IMG/VR virus record: IMGVR_UViG_3300028601_000027
Location: 1-64,000 of that record
DNA: 64,000 nucleotides
DNA from: a virus
Taxonomy: Duplodnaviria > Caudoviricetes
Strand: one strand, 5' to 3'
The notes under the pieces were generated by a model. It made no database searches. It saw only the letters and a program-made list of their open reading frames with translations, and was not told the DNA's origin. Positions 1 through 10,024 of the stretch are shown in pieces. The position numbers were made by a program, and so were the translations under genes. Positions within the stretch are counted from its first letter, which is position 1, and each line of letters begins with the position of its first letter.

Positions 1-51
1 TATTCGGCTACTTCTTATGGGTGGCGTCCTGTTCTTGAAGTTGTACAGTAG
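1..51 (+). CDS. 3' end of an upstream gene (YSATSYGWRPVLEVVQ*), C-type-lectin/FGE-like C-terminus
   Basis: Frame 1 is open from the window edge to TAG at 49-51; S-x-x-x-G-W-R-P-V-L-E resembles CLec-fold termini of phage adhesins. Confidence 0.45.
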   Translation, partial: YSATSYGWRPVLEVVQ

Positions 52-142
52 GACACTGTACGTATCTAACTTCTACACTCTTGTTCTAGTGGCTGTAGCG
101 AAGGCGAAAGCACTAGAACGATTAGCAAATAGGTAATAACTA

Positions 143-1129
143 ATGTTGAAATCATTTAAACAATACATACAGGAAAAGATAACCCCAATAGTATTTCATA
201 AAACTTCTGTTGTTAACGCTATCAAGATATTAGCTACTAACAAGTTTAGGTTATCCGCAGTAGTAGGAACTAAGTCAGAGGAAGAACAAAATAAGGGTAA
301 GTTCTATTTCCTAAGTACAGCTAGAACTCCTAATTCATCTTTCTTTAACAAGTTTCCTACTACTGGTGACTTGTATTTTGAATTAGATGGTGATAAGTTT
401 AATGAACGCTATAAGGGGTTTCCTATTGACTATTGGGGTGATAGTTTTTCTGATAGGGAAATGGAAGATAGAATAGTATCTGATGACCAAATAATCCCCA
501 ATGCTAAAAGTTATATTAACTCTATTCATGTTTATTATGCTACTACTAAACCAGTAGAGAAATCCCTAATGGCTAGGTTGATGGATGGTGAGAAAGGTAA
601 AGATTTAGGAAGTGAGGAAGTAACTATAGATAGGAACCGATTAAAGTACTTTGAGAAACTATATTCTCTAGCTAAGAAGAACAATATCCCTATCTATTTC
701 TATAATGATGAAAAGGCTTTCTTTAATCGTAATACTAAGAAGACTATTAAACCATTAGAGATATTTAAGAAAGAAGGTACATTTAAGGATGAAGAACCTA
801 AAACTTATCCTAGACCTAGACGTAAGCATTTCTTATCTGAATGGTTAGAATTGATTAAAACTCCAATAGACCAAAGTCAATTTAATAGTCAGGATGAATA
901 TACTGGTTATCTTAAACAAAAATTAGATAAGAGAGCTTATAGATTAGTAAGTGATATTATGTATGGTAGCTACATGGATGACCTTAAGAGGTCGCTAGAC
1001 GCAGATGTACATAATATGAAATCTGATGAGAATATTAGTAAGTTTATAGATGCTATGAAGGAAAACAAATTGCGAACACTAGATGATGTGATAAACTTTC
1101 TTGTAGATAAGTATAAGTGGAAAGAGTAA
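143..1129 (+). CDS. Putative internal head protein with ADP-ribosyltransferase-like motifs
   Basis: N-terminus MLKSFKQYIQE resembles the T4 capsid-targeting sequence; VFHKT / FLSTAR / EMEDR spaced like an ART H-S-ExE triad. Confidence 0.45.
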   Translation: MLKSFKQYIQEKITPIVFHKTSVVNAIKILATNKFRLSAVVGTKSEEEQNKGKFYFLSTARTPNSSFFNKFPTTGDLYFELDGDKFNERYKGFPIDYWGDSFSDREMEDRIVSDDQIIPNAKSYINSIHVYYATTKPVEKSLMARLMDGEKGKDLGSEEVTIDRNRLKYFEKLYSLAKKNNIPIYFYNDEKAFFNRNTKKTIKPLEIFKKEGTFKDEEPKTYPRPRRKHFLSEWLELIKTPIDQSQFNSQDEYTGYLKQKLDKRAYRLVSDIMYGSYMDDLKRSLDADVHNMKSDENISKFIDAMKENKLRTLDDVINFLVDKYKWKE

Positions 1130-1134
1130 AGACT

Positions 1135-1166
1135 AAGGGGATAGTGATTAAGCTATCCCCTTTTGT
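1135..1166. terminator. Rho-independent terminator between convergent genes
   Basis: Stem AAGGGGATAG / CTATCCCCTT followed by a T-run. Confidence 0.85.
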
Positions 1167-1502
1167 TTAGAACAGTTTGGAGAAATGGACTTGGTTATTA
1201 CCTAGTCCTAGTTTAGTTCCCATGAGATAAGCAATCACTTTCCTATGTTTATCGTCAAGAATACCCATCCTATCAGCATCCAAGAAAGTAACCTTTCCCC
1301 GTTTACCAATAGTCACATGTGCAGTTTCATGTAGGTAAATGTGATCCTTACCGTTATTAAATTTAACAAATACCATTCCATGTTCGTTTTCTGTTACTTG
1401 TACGTCATGGAAATTGTCTTGTATTTTGTTCCACATTTTCACTTGACTCTTAGTCATAATCAAAACTCCTGTCTCAATGTTTAAGTTGTTTCCATCACTC
1501 AC
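1167..1502 (-). CDS. Hypothetical early protein (likely start at MTKSQ)
   Basis: ORF between a sigma70-like promoter and a terminator. Confidence 0.7.
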   Translation of the reverse strand: MSDGNNLNIETGVLIMTKSQVKMWNKIQDNFHDVQVTENEHGMVFVKFNNGKDHIYLHETAHVTIGKRGKVTFLDADRMGILDDKHRKVIAYLMGTKLGLGNNQVHFSKLF

Positions 1503-1508
1503 AACTAC

Positions 1509-1547
1509 ATCGTAACAGGTTACTCTTTACTTGTCAATAGATAAATA
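1509..1547. promoter_or_regulatory. Back-to-back early promoter (minus: TTGACA-17-TACGAT) and late promoter motif (plus: GATAAATA)
   Basis: TGTCAA at 1532-1537, GATAAATA at 1540-1547; the T4 late consensus is TATAAATA. Confidence 0.75.
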
Positions 1548-1593
1548 CAACTAGCAATCACTTTTTATTTTTATACTATAGAGGGATACAACT

Positions 1594-2952
1594 ATGGCTA
1601 ATATTCAATTTTTATTCGAGTCAGAATTACTAGTAGAGATAAGTCTACAAGACCACTACGATAAGTTTGGTGATAAGTTTAATGTAGACGATTACGAAAG
1701 ATACCAACAGATAGCCAAATTAGACCCTACATCTAATGATGGTAAGATTAAGGGTAAGTATACTGAATGGCTACTAAAGCAATTTGGTGACATGTCTGAT
1801 AGCGTATTTGAAGCTAATGTTAAAGATAATGATTATAAGAAATGGCTAGAAGGATTAGGTAATATTAAGGGGTTTGATATAAACCAATATAAATCCCTAG
1901 ATGATTTGAAAGATTATTATAATAGCTTAGATGAAGAGGATTTACTTAGTAGTAAGGAAAAGAAAAAGCGTCAGAAAAACATACTACAAAATAGCGAACA
2001 CGTAAAAATCATTTATAAAGATGCTGAATATATAGTAGCTAAACCTATTACTAAGCAGGGTAATATACTATTAGCTAGATATAAGTGTCCTGAATCAGCT
2101 AAATGGTGTACTGCTGATCCTAATAATGATAGTCATTGGGAACGGTATATGGAACGTGGAGAATTATTTAGTGTTATTCCTTTAGCTAATCCTGAAGAGA
2201 AGTTTCATGTATACGTGGAAGATGGATATGTTGACGAGTTAAGAGATTTTGAGGATGATGATTACATGGAAGAAGGATTAGAAATATTAAAGGAACTAGA
2301 TGAGAAAAGTGAAGGACAACTTAGGGAGCAAATGGGAGTAGAGGAATTTGAAAGGTCACAACTAAAATTAGAAATTAGTAACGAAGAATCGGCTATTTAT
2401 TATATTTTTGGTCAACCAGAACTGTTTGATTATTTCAATAGATCACCTAGTGATACTGAAGCGGAAACTGGCGATTATGTAGTAGAATTTATTGCTGATT
2501 TAGATATAAGACCATTAACTCAGAAATTTTTTGGTGGCGTATTTGACTATGGGGTTGAAGGTGATATGCGTGTTGTGAGAAAGTTTGTTGAAGTTTTAGA
2601 GTCAGCAATAGAATCAGAACACATGACTAAGATGGAAATAGAATCGTTTTTTGACTTAGTAGCTGATGAAGAATTTGAAGTAGCAATAGAAAGAATTGGT
2701 GAGGATTTAGCCTATGATTTAGAAAATGAAGAAATAGAAAATCCTAAACAATACGTTATCAACTTTCTTGAAAGAGAAGATTTAAGAAATTACTTAGAAG
2801 AAACTACATCAATGTTAATCCACCAAATAGAATTAAGACTTGATATAACTATTAATAAACCGTGGGAAGATGAAGAAGAAGTACAAGATAGGATATTAGA
2901 CTACTTAAACATAGAAGAATCTAAGAAACCAACTTGGGCTAAGTTTGTATAA
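1594..2952 (+). CDS. Acidic protein with PcfJ-like (WCT..Y...G) domain, possible virion protein
   Basis: KWCTA...WERY..RGELFSVI motif; N-terminus MANIQFLFE shared with the next ORF; follows a late promoter motif. Confidence 0.45.
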   Translation: MANIQFLFESELLVEISLQDHYDKFGDKFNVDDYERYQQIAKLDPTSNDGKIKGKYTEWLLKQFGDMSDSVFEANVKDNDYKKWLEGLGNIKGFDINQYKSLDDLKDYYNSLDEEDLLSSKEKKKRQKNILQNSEHVKIIYKDAEYIVAKPITKQGNILLARYKCPESAKWCTADPNNDSHWERYMERGELFSVIPLANPEEKFHVYVEDGYVDELRDFEDDDYMEEGLEILKELDEKSEGQLREQMGVEEFERSQLKLEISNEESAIYYIFGQPELFDYFNRSPSDTEAETGDYVVEFIADLDIRPLTQKFFGGVFDYGVEGDMRVVRKFVEVLESAIESEHMTKMEIESFFDLVADEEFEVAIERIGEDLAYDLENEEIENPKQYVINFLEREDLRNYLEETTSMLIHQIELRLDITINKPWEDEEEVQDRILDYLNIEESKKPTWAKFV

Positions 2953-2964
2953 AGGATTATCACA

Positions 2965-4719
2965 ATGGCTAATATAGAATTTCTACTAGAAGCAGTTAAT
3001 TATGAACAGATGTTTGAGGGTATGTTTAATGTGTTTGAGGGCGATAACCAAAACAAAGTTAAACAAGCTATCCATAAAGAAATTAAGAAAGCTAAGGCTA
3101 CCTTAAAGAAACAAGATAGAGTTACTTGGTACTTAAAGGTACTTAAGAAAACTATCATTGACGTACTGGACACTGAATTTGATAAGGATAAGAATAGACT
3201 ATACACTACGGGATTAGGAGTATTCGATTTCGATGATGACGAAGAAAGACAAAGAACTAAGGAACGGTTTGAGAAATACTTTAAGAAAGAGATTAAGAAA
3301 CTAAATGATATTAGTATAGAGAACTCTATTCAATCTGTTCAACAAACATTACCTAGATTAGAACATTATCTATCATTGCCTATAGGTGGTATTCAAAACT
3401 ACTCTTGGAAAACCCAATCTATTGATGATGTACTTTCTGAGTTTGAGCGATTAGAAAGAGAATGGAAAAAGGATTCAAAAGAGTTAATACCAGTAGATGA
3501 AGATGATGAGATAATAATGAAAATGGGTGATTATTATTGGGTTGATTTAGAAAAGGCTTATTGTAGTAAAGAAGGTGACGCAATGGGTCACTGTGGTAAT
3601 TCTCCAAGGTCAGGCGAAAATGATACTATTTATAGTCTAAGACAATTAAAAAAGTTTGGTAATAAAAAGTATTGGCATCCACATGTTACTGTTACTCTAG
3701 ATGAAGATTTAATGGTATGGGAAGTTAAGGGTAGAGGGAACGATAAACCTGCTGATAAGTATATCCCTTATGTGGTAGAATTATTTAGTAATGGTAAGTA
3801 TGTTAAAGGACAAAGAACAGGTGTAGGCTACTTACCAGAAAATAACTTATACTTTGAAGATGATTTTACTGAGGAACAACAAGAAAAGGTTAAAACTAAA
3901 AATCCTCAATTTGAGATAGTTGAAAGAGAACCTATTAAAATGGTACTAGATGAATATGATTTACCTGCGTTTGTGTTTTTTGAAGATTTTGATTATGGTC
4001 AGTTTACAAATAGACCAATAGAAAATGGAGAAGACATGGAGGAAGTATTACAAAACGATCCTGAATTAAACATAGCTAATTTTAATAAGCTAATAGATGA
4101 GGGATTAAGTGCTTACCTAGTTTGTGATTATGATTGTGAAGTGAGATTAGAAACGTTTATGAATTACATTAAAGAGTTTATGGAGACTAATAGAAGTGAA
4201 GTAGTACAAGCTATAGCTGATTTATTTGAAGACCAGTACAATGTCTTTATTAACTACTTAGACAATGAAATAGATAAGGAAATAGAAGGCTACATAGATG
4301 AAGAGTTTGATGAGTTTGATTGGACTGAAGATACTCTTGATGCAGAAGATAAAGAAAAAATGTTAGATAAATTAATGAATGATTGGGATTATTTCTTAGA
4401 GGATTATTATAAGAGGCAAGGTACAAAGCTGGGCGATAAGGTTATTGAGTACCTAGAAGAATTGGATTACTTGTTTCCTAATGGTGAAGAGCCATATAAT
4501 CCTAAGCATACGTTTTACGATGTAGTAGATGATGGAGAAGAGTTTATATCAAATAGAATGTTACAAGTGATTAAAGAAAAGAAACGAGAAGCATTAGGTG
4601 ATGATTATGAAGAGGGTGACGAAAAATCACAGGCAGAAATAGATAAAGAACTAGGGCAACTAGAATTTGATTTTGGGGAATCACTAAAACCTAAATGGCG
4701 CAATTTAGTAATTATGTAG
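2965..4719 (+). CDS. Acidic protein with PcfJ-like domain
   Basis: EGDAMGHCG...IYSLR...PHVTV...EVKGRGNDKP motif; N-terminus MANIEFLLE. Confidence 0.55.
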   Translation: MANIEFLLEAVNYEQMFEGMFNVFEGDNQNKVKQAIHKEIKKAKATLKKQDRVTWYLKVLKKTIIDVLDTEFDKDKNRLYTTGLGVFDFDDDEERQRTKERFEKYFKKEIKKLNDISIENSIQSVQQTLPRLEHYLSLPIGGIQNYSWKTQSIDDVLSEFERLEREWKKDSKELIPVDEDDEIIMKMGDYYWVDLEKAYCSKEGDAMGHCGNSPRSGENDTIYSLRQLKKFGNKKYWHPHVTVTLDEDLMVWEVKGRGNDKPADKYIPYVVELFSNGKYVKGQRTGVGYLPENNLYFEDDFTEEQQEKVKTKNPQFEIVEREPIKMVLDEYDLPAFVFFEDFDYGQFTNRPIENGEDMEEVLQNDPELNIANFNKLIDEGLSAYLVCDYDCEVRLETFMNYIKEFMETNRSEVVQAIADLFEDQYNVFINYLDNEIDKEIEGYIDEEFDEFDWTEDTLDAEDKEKMLDKLMNDWDYFLEDYYKRQGTKLGDKVIEYLEELDYLFPNGEEPYNPKHTFYDVVDDGEEFISNRMLQVIKEKKREALGDDYEEGDEKSQAEIDKELGQLEFDFGESLKPKWRNLVIM

Positions 4720-4724
4720 AAGTT

Positions 4725-4757
4725 AAGGTAGGCTATCTATGTGGTAGCCTACCTTTT
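4725..4757. terminator. Rho-independent terminator between convergent genes
   Basis: Stem AAGGTAGGCTA / TAGCCTACCTT plus T-run. Confidence 0.85.
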
Positions 4758-4804
4758 CACTTAAAAGTCCAACACAAGCTAAATTTGGAACCCTCAGCTA
4801 TGGT

Positions 4805-5044
4805 TTAGGGTATGTTAGTGTAATATTTTATCCTAGTGAAATCAGTTTCTTCAAAATCAGGAACATCTTCTTCAGACAAATAACTAAATCCACAATAGTT
4901 ATCAGTTTCACGTAATACTACTTCTGCTAATCTCATTAGCTCTTTTCTGTTTTCCTTTTCACTATCTTGTGAAGTTTGAAGTCTATCATTGATGTATTGG
5001 ATAAGTGTTTTTACTTCCATAGTTTTTCTCATAATCCCCTCCAT
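4805..5044 (-). CDS. Hypothetical early protein
   Basis: ORF downstream of a TTGACA promoter near 5100, ends at the terminator. Confidence 0.7.
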   Translation of the reverse strand: MEGIMRKTMEVKTLIQYINDRLQTSQDSEKENRKELMRLAEVVLRETDNYCGFSYLSEEDVPDFEETDFTRIKYYTNIP

Positions 5045-5091
5045 CTTAAATTGTTTTCCCTCACTAACAACTACATCTTACCACTATTAGA

Positions 5092-5259
5092 TTATTTTGT
5101 CAACCAATATTTTTCAGTAAGTGTTGACACCAAATAACCAATAGCAAACAATGAACCAAAAAATCCTACCATAGACACTAACACTATTCCAACAGTTACC
5201 ACATCATTGTTCTCAAACAAAATCAAAGCATTGTTACAAATAGTTCTAATCGGATTCAT
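5092..5259 (-). CDS. Small hypothetical membrane protein (55 aa)
   Basis: Read manually: MNPIRTIC...VGIVLVSMVGFFGSLFAIGYLV; AGGAGA RBS upstream; not in the ORF track. Confidence 0.55.
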   Translation of the reverse strand: MNPIRTICNNALILFENNDVVTVGIVLVSMVGFFGSLFAIGYLVSTLTEKYWLTK

Positions 5260-5289
5260 AATCAATCTCCTTTCGTTAGCGACAGAAAC

Positions 5290-5328
5290 ACTATATATCT
5301 TTTTGAGTTTATTGTCAAGTGATAAATA
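5290..5328. promoter_or_regulatory. Back-to-back early (minus: TTGACA-17-TATAGT) and late (plus: GATAAATA) promoters
   Basis: TGTCAA 5313-5318, GATAAATA 5321-5328. Confidence 0.75.
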
Positions 5329-5376
5329 CTATTGAGTAAATAGTTGAAATAATTAGAGTTAAAACTGGAGATAAAG

Positions 5377-6897
5377 ATGAGTAACGAGAAAATTAATTAT
5401 TATAGGGGTAATCCTAAGCTACTAACTGGTGGTGAAAAGTTAGATTACACTAAAGAGCAGATAGATGAAATAATAAAATGTAGTGAGGACTACGAGTATT
5501 TCATTTACAATTACGTTTATATTAAAACCCATAAGGGATTAGAAAAACCAGAAGTAAGACAATATCAACAAAGGATGTTAGAAACTATACATAGTGATAA
5601 CAGAGTGTTGATTATGGCTGGAAGACAGTGTGGCAAATCTGCTTCTATTGCTATGTATCTAGCTTGGTATTTATGTTTTCATTCCCATAAGACAGTAGGC
5701 ATAGTAGCTAATAAAGAAAAAGTAGCTAAACTGATGCTAAACACTGTTAAAAACATATTTATTAATTTGCCATTGTTCTTAAAACCGGGAGTAGATCAAT
5801 GGGGGATGACGGAAATAAAATTAGATAATGGTAGCGTAGGGGTAGTTAGTGCTTGTTCTGCTGATGCACTGACGGGGTACTCGTTAAATGTCTGTGTGGT
5901 CGATGAGGTTTCTAAGATTGCAAAGAATAAAGCTAATGATTTCTTTGATTCAGTATTACCTACTGTAGAAGCTGACCCTGATGCTAAGGTAATTTGTTGT
6001 TCTACTCCAAAGGGATTAAACCTTTGGTATAAAATGTGGAAAGAAGCTGAAAGAGGTATATCAGGATATAGTACAGTGTTTGTTGAATGGAATGAAGTTC
6101 CCGGTAGAGATGAGGAATGGCGTGAAAAGAAAATAGCAGAAAAGGGATTAGAGTATTTTAACCAAGAATTTAGCTGCATGTTTCATGGCTCTTCCTCTAC
6201 TCTAGTAGACGGTGCTAAGATAAAATCGTTACCTATACTTAGACCTATTAAACAAGAATATGAAAACAAATTTAACATCTACGAGTTACCGAATAAAGAT
6301 CACCATTATATATTAATATGTGATGTTTGTGAGGGTGTAGGAAAAGATTATAGTGTAATACAAGTAATAGACTACTCAGGAGAAACTTATAAACAAGTAG
6401 CTGTGTTTAGGGATAACACTATAAAGCCATTCAGTTTCCATTTAGTTATAGATAAGATTGGTAGATATTATAACGAAGCCTTAGTAATGATTGAGCGTAA
6501 TAGTTGCGGTGCTGAGGTAGCTGACAATCTAATGTATGATTTGGATTATCCTAATATGTACTATGGTGATGACTTAGGAATCAGAACTACTAAGAAAACA
6601 AAATCACTAGGTTGTAGTAATTTAGCGTTCCTAATAGAAACAGACAAATTACTTATATGTGATTATGAAACTATAAACGAATTAAGTAAGTTCGTATATG
6701 ATGGTAAGACGTTTAAGGCACAAGATTACGATGACCATGATGATTTGATTATGCCACTAGTCTTATTTGCTTGGTTAGCTATGGATAAGGTAGAAGCTGA
6801 CTTATGGTTAGAGTCTACCTATGTAGACGAAATAAATAAAGAAAAACAAGAAGAAGTAGATGAATTTCTAGTGCTAATGGATTATTCGGATTGTTAA
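5377..6897 (+). CDS. terL: Terminase large subunit (gp17-like)
   Basis: YYRGNPKL N-terminus, GRQCGKS Walker A, VVDE Walker B, STPKGLN, DDLIM nuclease motif. Confidence 0.97.
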   Translation: MSNEKINYYRGNPKLLTGGEKLDYTKEQIDEIIKCSEDYEYFIYNYVYIKTHKGLEKPEVRQYQQRMLETIHSDNRVLIMAGRQCGKSASIAMYLAWYLCFHSHKTVGIVANKEKVAKLMLNTVKNIFINLPLFLKPGVDQWGMTEIKLDNGSVGVVSACSADALTGYSLNVCVVDEVSKIAKNKANDFFDSVLPTVEADPDAKVICCSTPKGLNLWYKMWKEAERGISGYSTVFVEWNEVPGRDEEWREKKIAEKGLEYFNQEFSCMFHGSSSTLVDGAKIKSLPILRPIKQEYENKFNIYELPNKDHHYILICDVCEGVGKDYSVIQVIDYSGETYKQVAVFRDNTIKPFSFHLVIDKIGRYYNEALVMIERNSCGAEVADNLMYDLDYPNMYYGDDLGIRTTKKTKSLGCSNLAFLIETDKLLICDYETINELSKFVYDGKTFKAQDYDDHDDLIMPLVLFAWLAMDKVEADLWLESTYVDEINKEKQEEVDEFLVLMDYSDC

Positions 6898-6962
6898 GTA
6901 GATAAATACTATTTGTAAGATAAATAACTATAACAACTTAATACACTACAGGAGTCTAAGAA

Positions 6963-7520
6963 ATGAAAGAATTTGAATTGCTATTACAGGAAGCAGAAGA
7001 AGAGCAAAACGCAGAAGAGCAACAAAAGGAAAATCTACGGGTAATTTTTAATCGCTATCGTAATAACATGATTAGGTTTATTCGTATGCTTAATGGGGTA
7101 GCTTATCCTAATGTTGATGGTCAGAGTGATTTTAAGGCTATCTTTGAGGACTACAAGAAACTACAGCGTTTTGGTTCTGCTAGAACTTGGTGGGTAAAAC
7201 TATCAGAAGAATTAGGCGTAGAACAAAAATTCTGGCGTGTAATTGATAAAAGTGAAAATGGGGTTATGGATTACCGTCTAAACGAATACATCTATGCCCT
7301 AATTGACAAGTTAGGTGAGGAAAAGATTAAGCCTATTGGTAAGCGCGAATTAGTAGCAGCTATCACTTACTTAACTAAGATGATTCGTCCTAGTTTCCGT
7401 ACTAAGATTTTCAATCGTCTAAGTGAACTAGAGCCAGATGCAAACTTAGCTGGTCTTAATAGAGCACGTTCTATTGGTACTCTAGAAGCTGTTGAAAAAC
7501 GTCTAGCCGCTAGGATTTAA
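6963..7520 (+). CDS. Hypothetical late protein, possible head core protein
   Basis: Two GATAAATA motifs upstream (6901, 6919); N-terminus MKEFELLLQEAEE. Confidence 0.55.
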   Translation: MKEFELLLQEAEEEQNAEEQQKENLRVIFNRYRNNMIRFIRMLNGVAYPNVDGQSDFKAIFEDYKKLQRFGSARTWWVKLSEELGVEQKFWRVIDKSENGVMDYRLNEYIYALIDKLGEEKIKPIGKRELVAAITYLTKMIRPSFRTKIFNRLSELEPDANLAGLNRARSIGTLEAVEKRLAARI

Positions 7521-7524
7521 TATT

Positions 7525-7812
7525 ATGAAATCACTAATAGAGTTACTACAAGAAGCAGAAGAAGATAATGAGAAAATGGAAGTTGAGGTAGATACCGAAG
7601 AAGCTAACATTAGAAATCCCTCATACGTATTTGAAATAAACGGCAGATTTGATTTTAATGAGTTAGAAAGACTTCTTAGGAATAATGAAGCAGGTCTAAC
7701 CTTAGATGGCTATGAATTAAAGATTGACACTAAGGGATTAGTAGATGATGCCGCTTATGAAAACTTCATCCAAGAAGTAGAGAAATTAAAATATCTTAAA
7801 TTTCTAAGATAG
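7525..7812 (+). CDS. Small acidic late protein, possible head core protein
   Basis: N-terminus MKSLIELLQEAEE similar to the preceding ORF. Confidence 0.55.
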   Translation: MKSLIELLQEAEEDNEKMEVEVDTEEANIRNPSYVFEINGRFDFNELERLLRNNEAGLTLDGYELKIDTKGLVDDAAYENFIQEVEKLKYLKFLR

Positions 7813-7821
7813 GATTAGACT

Positions 7822-7992
7822 ATGTTGAAACAAAGTATAATGGAAATGGAAAAGGCATTAAACAATGCTAAGAGAAACCGTGACCCCAATGATGGATTAA
7901 AGGTTAAGATGACAGAAAAAAATGGTAGAGATATTTTGGGATACTTAAAAACATTAGAAGAATTACAAAACAAATTTAGAAATATCAGATAG
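7822..7992 (+). CDS. Small hypothetical protein (56 aa)
   Basis: Read manually (MLKQSIMEMEKALN...RNIR*); fills the gap in the plus-strand operon. Confidence 0.55.
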   Translation: MLKQSIMEMEKALNNAKRNRDPNDGLKVKMTEKNGRDILGYLKTLEELQNKFRNIR

Positions 7993-8000
7993 AGGATATT

Positions 8001-8282
8001 ATGCCTAAACAAATATATGGCAAAAAGGTAAAAGAAAAGGATTGGAATAAAGCTAAGACACTAGCTAAGGAACAAGGTTTTAGTGTTAAGGATGATAAGG
8101 AAGCGTTTTATAAGTATGCTATGGGGATATTGAAACAAATGATGAGTGATGAACTAGAAGAAACTACTGTAGCTGGTGATGTAGCTGTTCCGCATGGTGG
8201 AAAAAAGAAAACTAAATATAATAAGAAACCTTATAAATGGTCTGATTTAGTTAAACAAATTAACAATATAGAAAAGGAGTAA
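8001..8282 (+). CDS. Hypothetical late protein
   Basis: ORF with AGAGG RBS, in operon with the sheath gene. Confidence 0.7.
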   Translation: MPKQIYGKKVKEKDWNKAKTLAKEQGFSVKDDKEAFYKYAMGILKQMMSDELEETTVAGDVAVPHGGKKKTKYNKKPYKWSDLVKQINNIEKE

Positions 8283-8286
8283 ACAC

Positions 8287-10002
8287 ATGTCATTGTATCT
8301 ATCCCCTTCAGTCATAGTTAAAGAGACTGATCTTAGTACTAGTATTGCACTACCTGCTAGTTCTATTACTGGTACTGTAGGACAGTTTCATAAAGGTCCA
8401 GCACTAGAACGAAAATTAATCACTAACCCTAGATCACTAGAACAAACTTTTGGTGTTCCTACTAATGAGAATTATTCTGATTGGTTTACCGCATGGAACA
8501 TTCTACAGTATAATCAATTACTATACATTGTTCGTGCTGTAGCAGATGACGCTAAAAATGCTGGTGTTGGTATTAGTGATTCGGCGGTAATTACTACTGA
8601 TGTGTCTGATATTCGCATTAACGATGATGTAGAATTTGATGAGAATAATATCGACTTTGCTGTAGAAATGCAAGATGTAGAAGGAGTACCAACTGAAGTT
8701 CAAATTGAAAACCTTCGTATTTTAGCCAGATATCCCGGTGCTTATGGTAACAACTTAAAAGTATCGGTATGTAATTCTACTGATTTTAGCATTGCTAATG
8801 TTGTAGGAACTACTGTGTTTTCTGATTACTTTGATGTTCCTAGTATCGGAGTAAACGAAATTGCAATTATTGTTCACGATTTAGACCCTACTGACCCTGA
8901 ACAATACATCGTAGTAGAATCATTTATTTGTTCTACTGACCCCAATGCTAAAAACTTTGCTGGTGAAAGTACTTGGGTAGGACAATATATTAACCGTAAT
9001 AGTAAATTAATTTCTGCTTTCACTAATGTATATGAAACCTTTGATGTGTTTACTGTTGCCGAACAATCATTATTTGAAGGCGAAGATGGTACATTAACTC
9101 CATCTAACTTTATGGATGCTTATGACCTGTTTGCTAATTCTGAAGAGTTTGATGTTAACTTACTCGTTGATAACCATAATGCAGTATTTGGTGTAGCTTC
9201 TGAATTATCAACTATTCAACAATACATTGTGGATAACATTCTAGAAACTCGTAAAGATTGTTTTGGTATCTTCACTGTACCTAAATCTACAGTAGTAAGT
9301 AATAAAGGTTCTGAAGCTACAGACATGGTAGAGTATAAGGATACTACACTAAATCGCCCTACCACTTATGGCGCTATTTATGGTAACTGGAAATATCAGT
9401 ATGATAGTTATAATGACAAGTATCGTTGGCTACCAGTTAGCGGTGATGTAGCTGGTATTTTCTCTGCTAGTGATGCCGCTAGAGAAGTATGGTTTGCACC
9501 TGCTGGTCTAACTCGTGGTCAAATGAAAAATGTTGTTAAATTTGGATTTAATCCTGATAAAGCTAATAGGGATATGATTCATAAAAACAATGTTAATATT
9601 GTTACTGCATTTCCCGGTGATGGTCCAGTGGTTTACAGTCAGTTAACACTAACTAATAAATCTAGTGCATTTGCTGATATTGATGTTCGTAGACTTTTCA
9701 TCTACATGGAAAAAGCTATTAGTACTGCTTCTAGGTTCTTCCTATTTGAAAAGAATACACCATTTACTCGTAGACAATTATATAATATGATTTATCCATT
9801 CTTAGAGGATATTGTAGGTAGAGAAGGTATTGACGAATTTGTGGTGATTTGTGACGAGAGCAATAATACTGATGAAGTAATTGGCAGAAATCAGATGATG
9901 TGTGATATCTATGTTAAGCCTACCCGTAGTATCTACTATCTACAGCTTAACTTCATTAATGTTAAGGGAACTGTTTCGTTCAATGAGATTATTCCTCAGT
10001 AA
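8287..10002 (+). CDS. gp18: Tail sheath protein (gp18-like)
   Basis: SPSVIVKETDLS N-terminus, WFAPAGLTRG, DIDVRRLF, IYVKPTRSI motifs. Confidence 0.97.
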   Translation: MSLYLSPSVIVKETDLSTSIALPASSITGTVGQFHKGPALERKLITNPRSLEQTFGVPTNENYSDWFTAWNILQYNQLLYIVRAVADDAKNAGVGISDSAVITTDVSDIRINDDVEFDENNIDFAVEMQDVEGVPTEVQIENLRILARYPGAYGNNLKVSVCNSTDFSIANVVGTTVFSDYFDVPSIGVNEIAIIVHDLDPTDPEQYIVVESFICSTDPNAKNFAGESTWVGQYINRNSKLISAFTNVYETFDVFTVAEQSLFEGEDGTLTPSNFMDAYDLFANSEEFDVNLLVDNHNAVFGVASELSTIQQYIVDNILETRKDCFGIFTVPKSTVVSNKGSEATDMVEYKDTTLNRPTTYGAIYGNWKYQYDSYNDKYRWLPVSGDVAGIFSASDAAREVWFAPAGLTRGQMKNVVKFGFNPDKANRDMIHKNNVNIVTAFPGDGPVVYSQLTLTNKSSAFADIDVRRLFIYMEKAISTASRFFLFEKNTPFTRRQLYNMIYPFLEDIVGREGIDEFVVICDESNNTDEVIGRNQMMCDIYVKPTRSIYYLQLNFINVKGTVSFNEIIPQ

Positions 10003-10024
10003 CATTTCAGGTAAAAGTTAGAGA

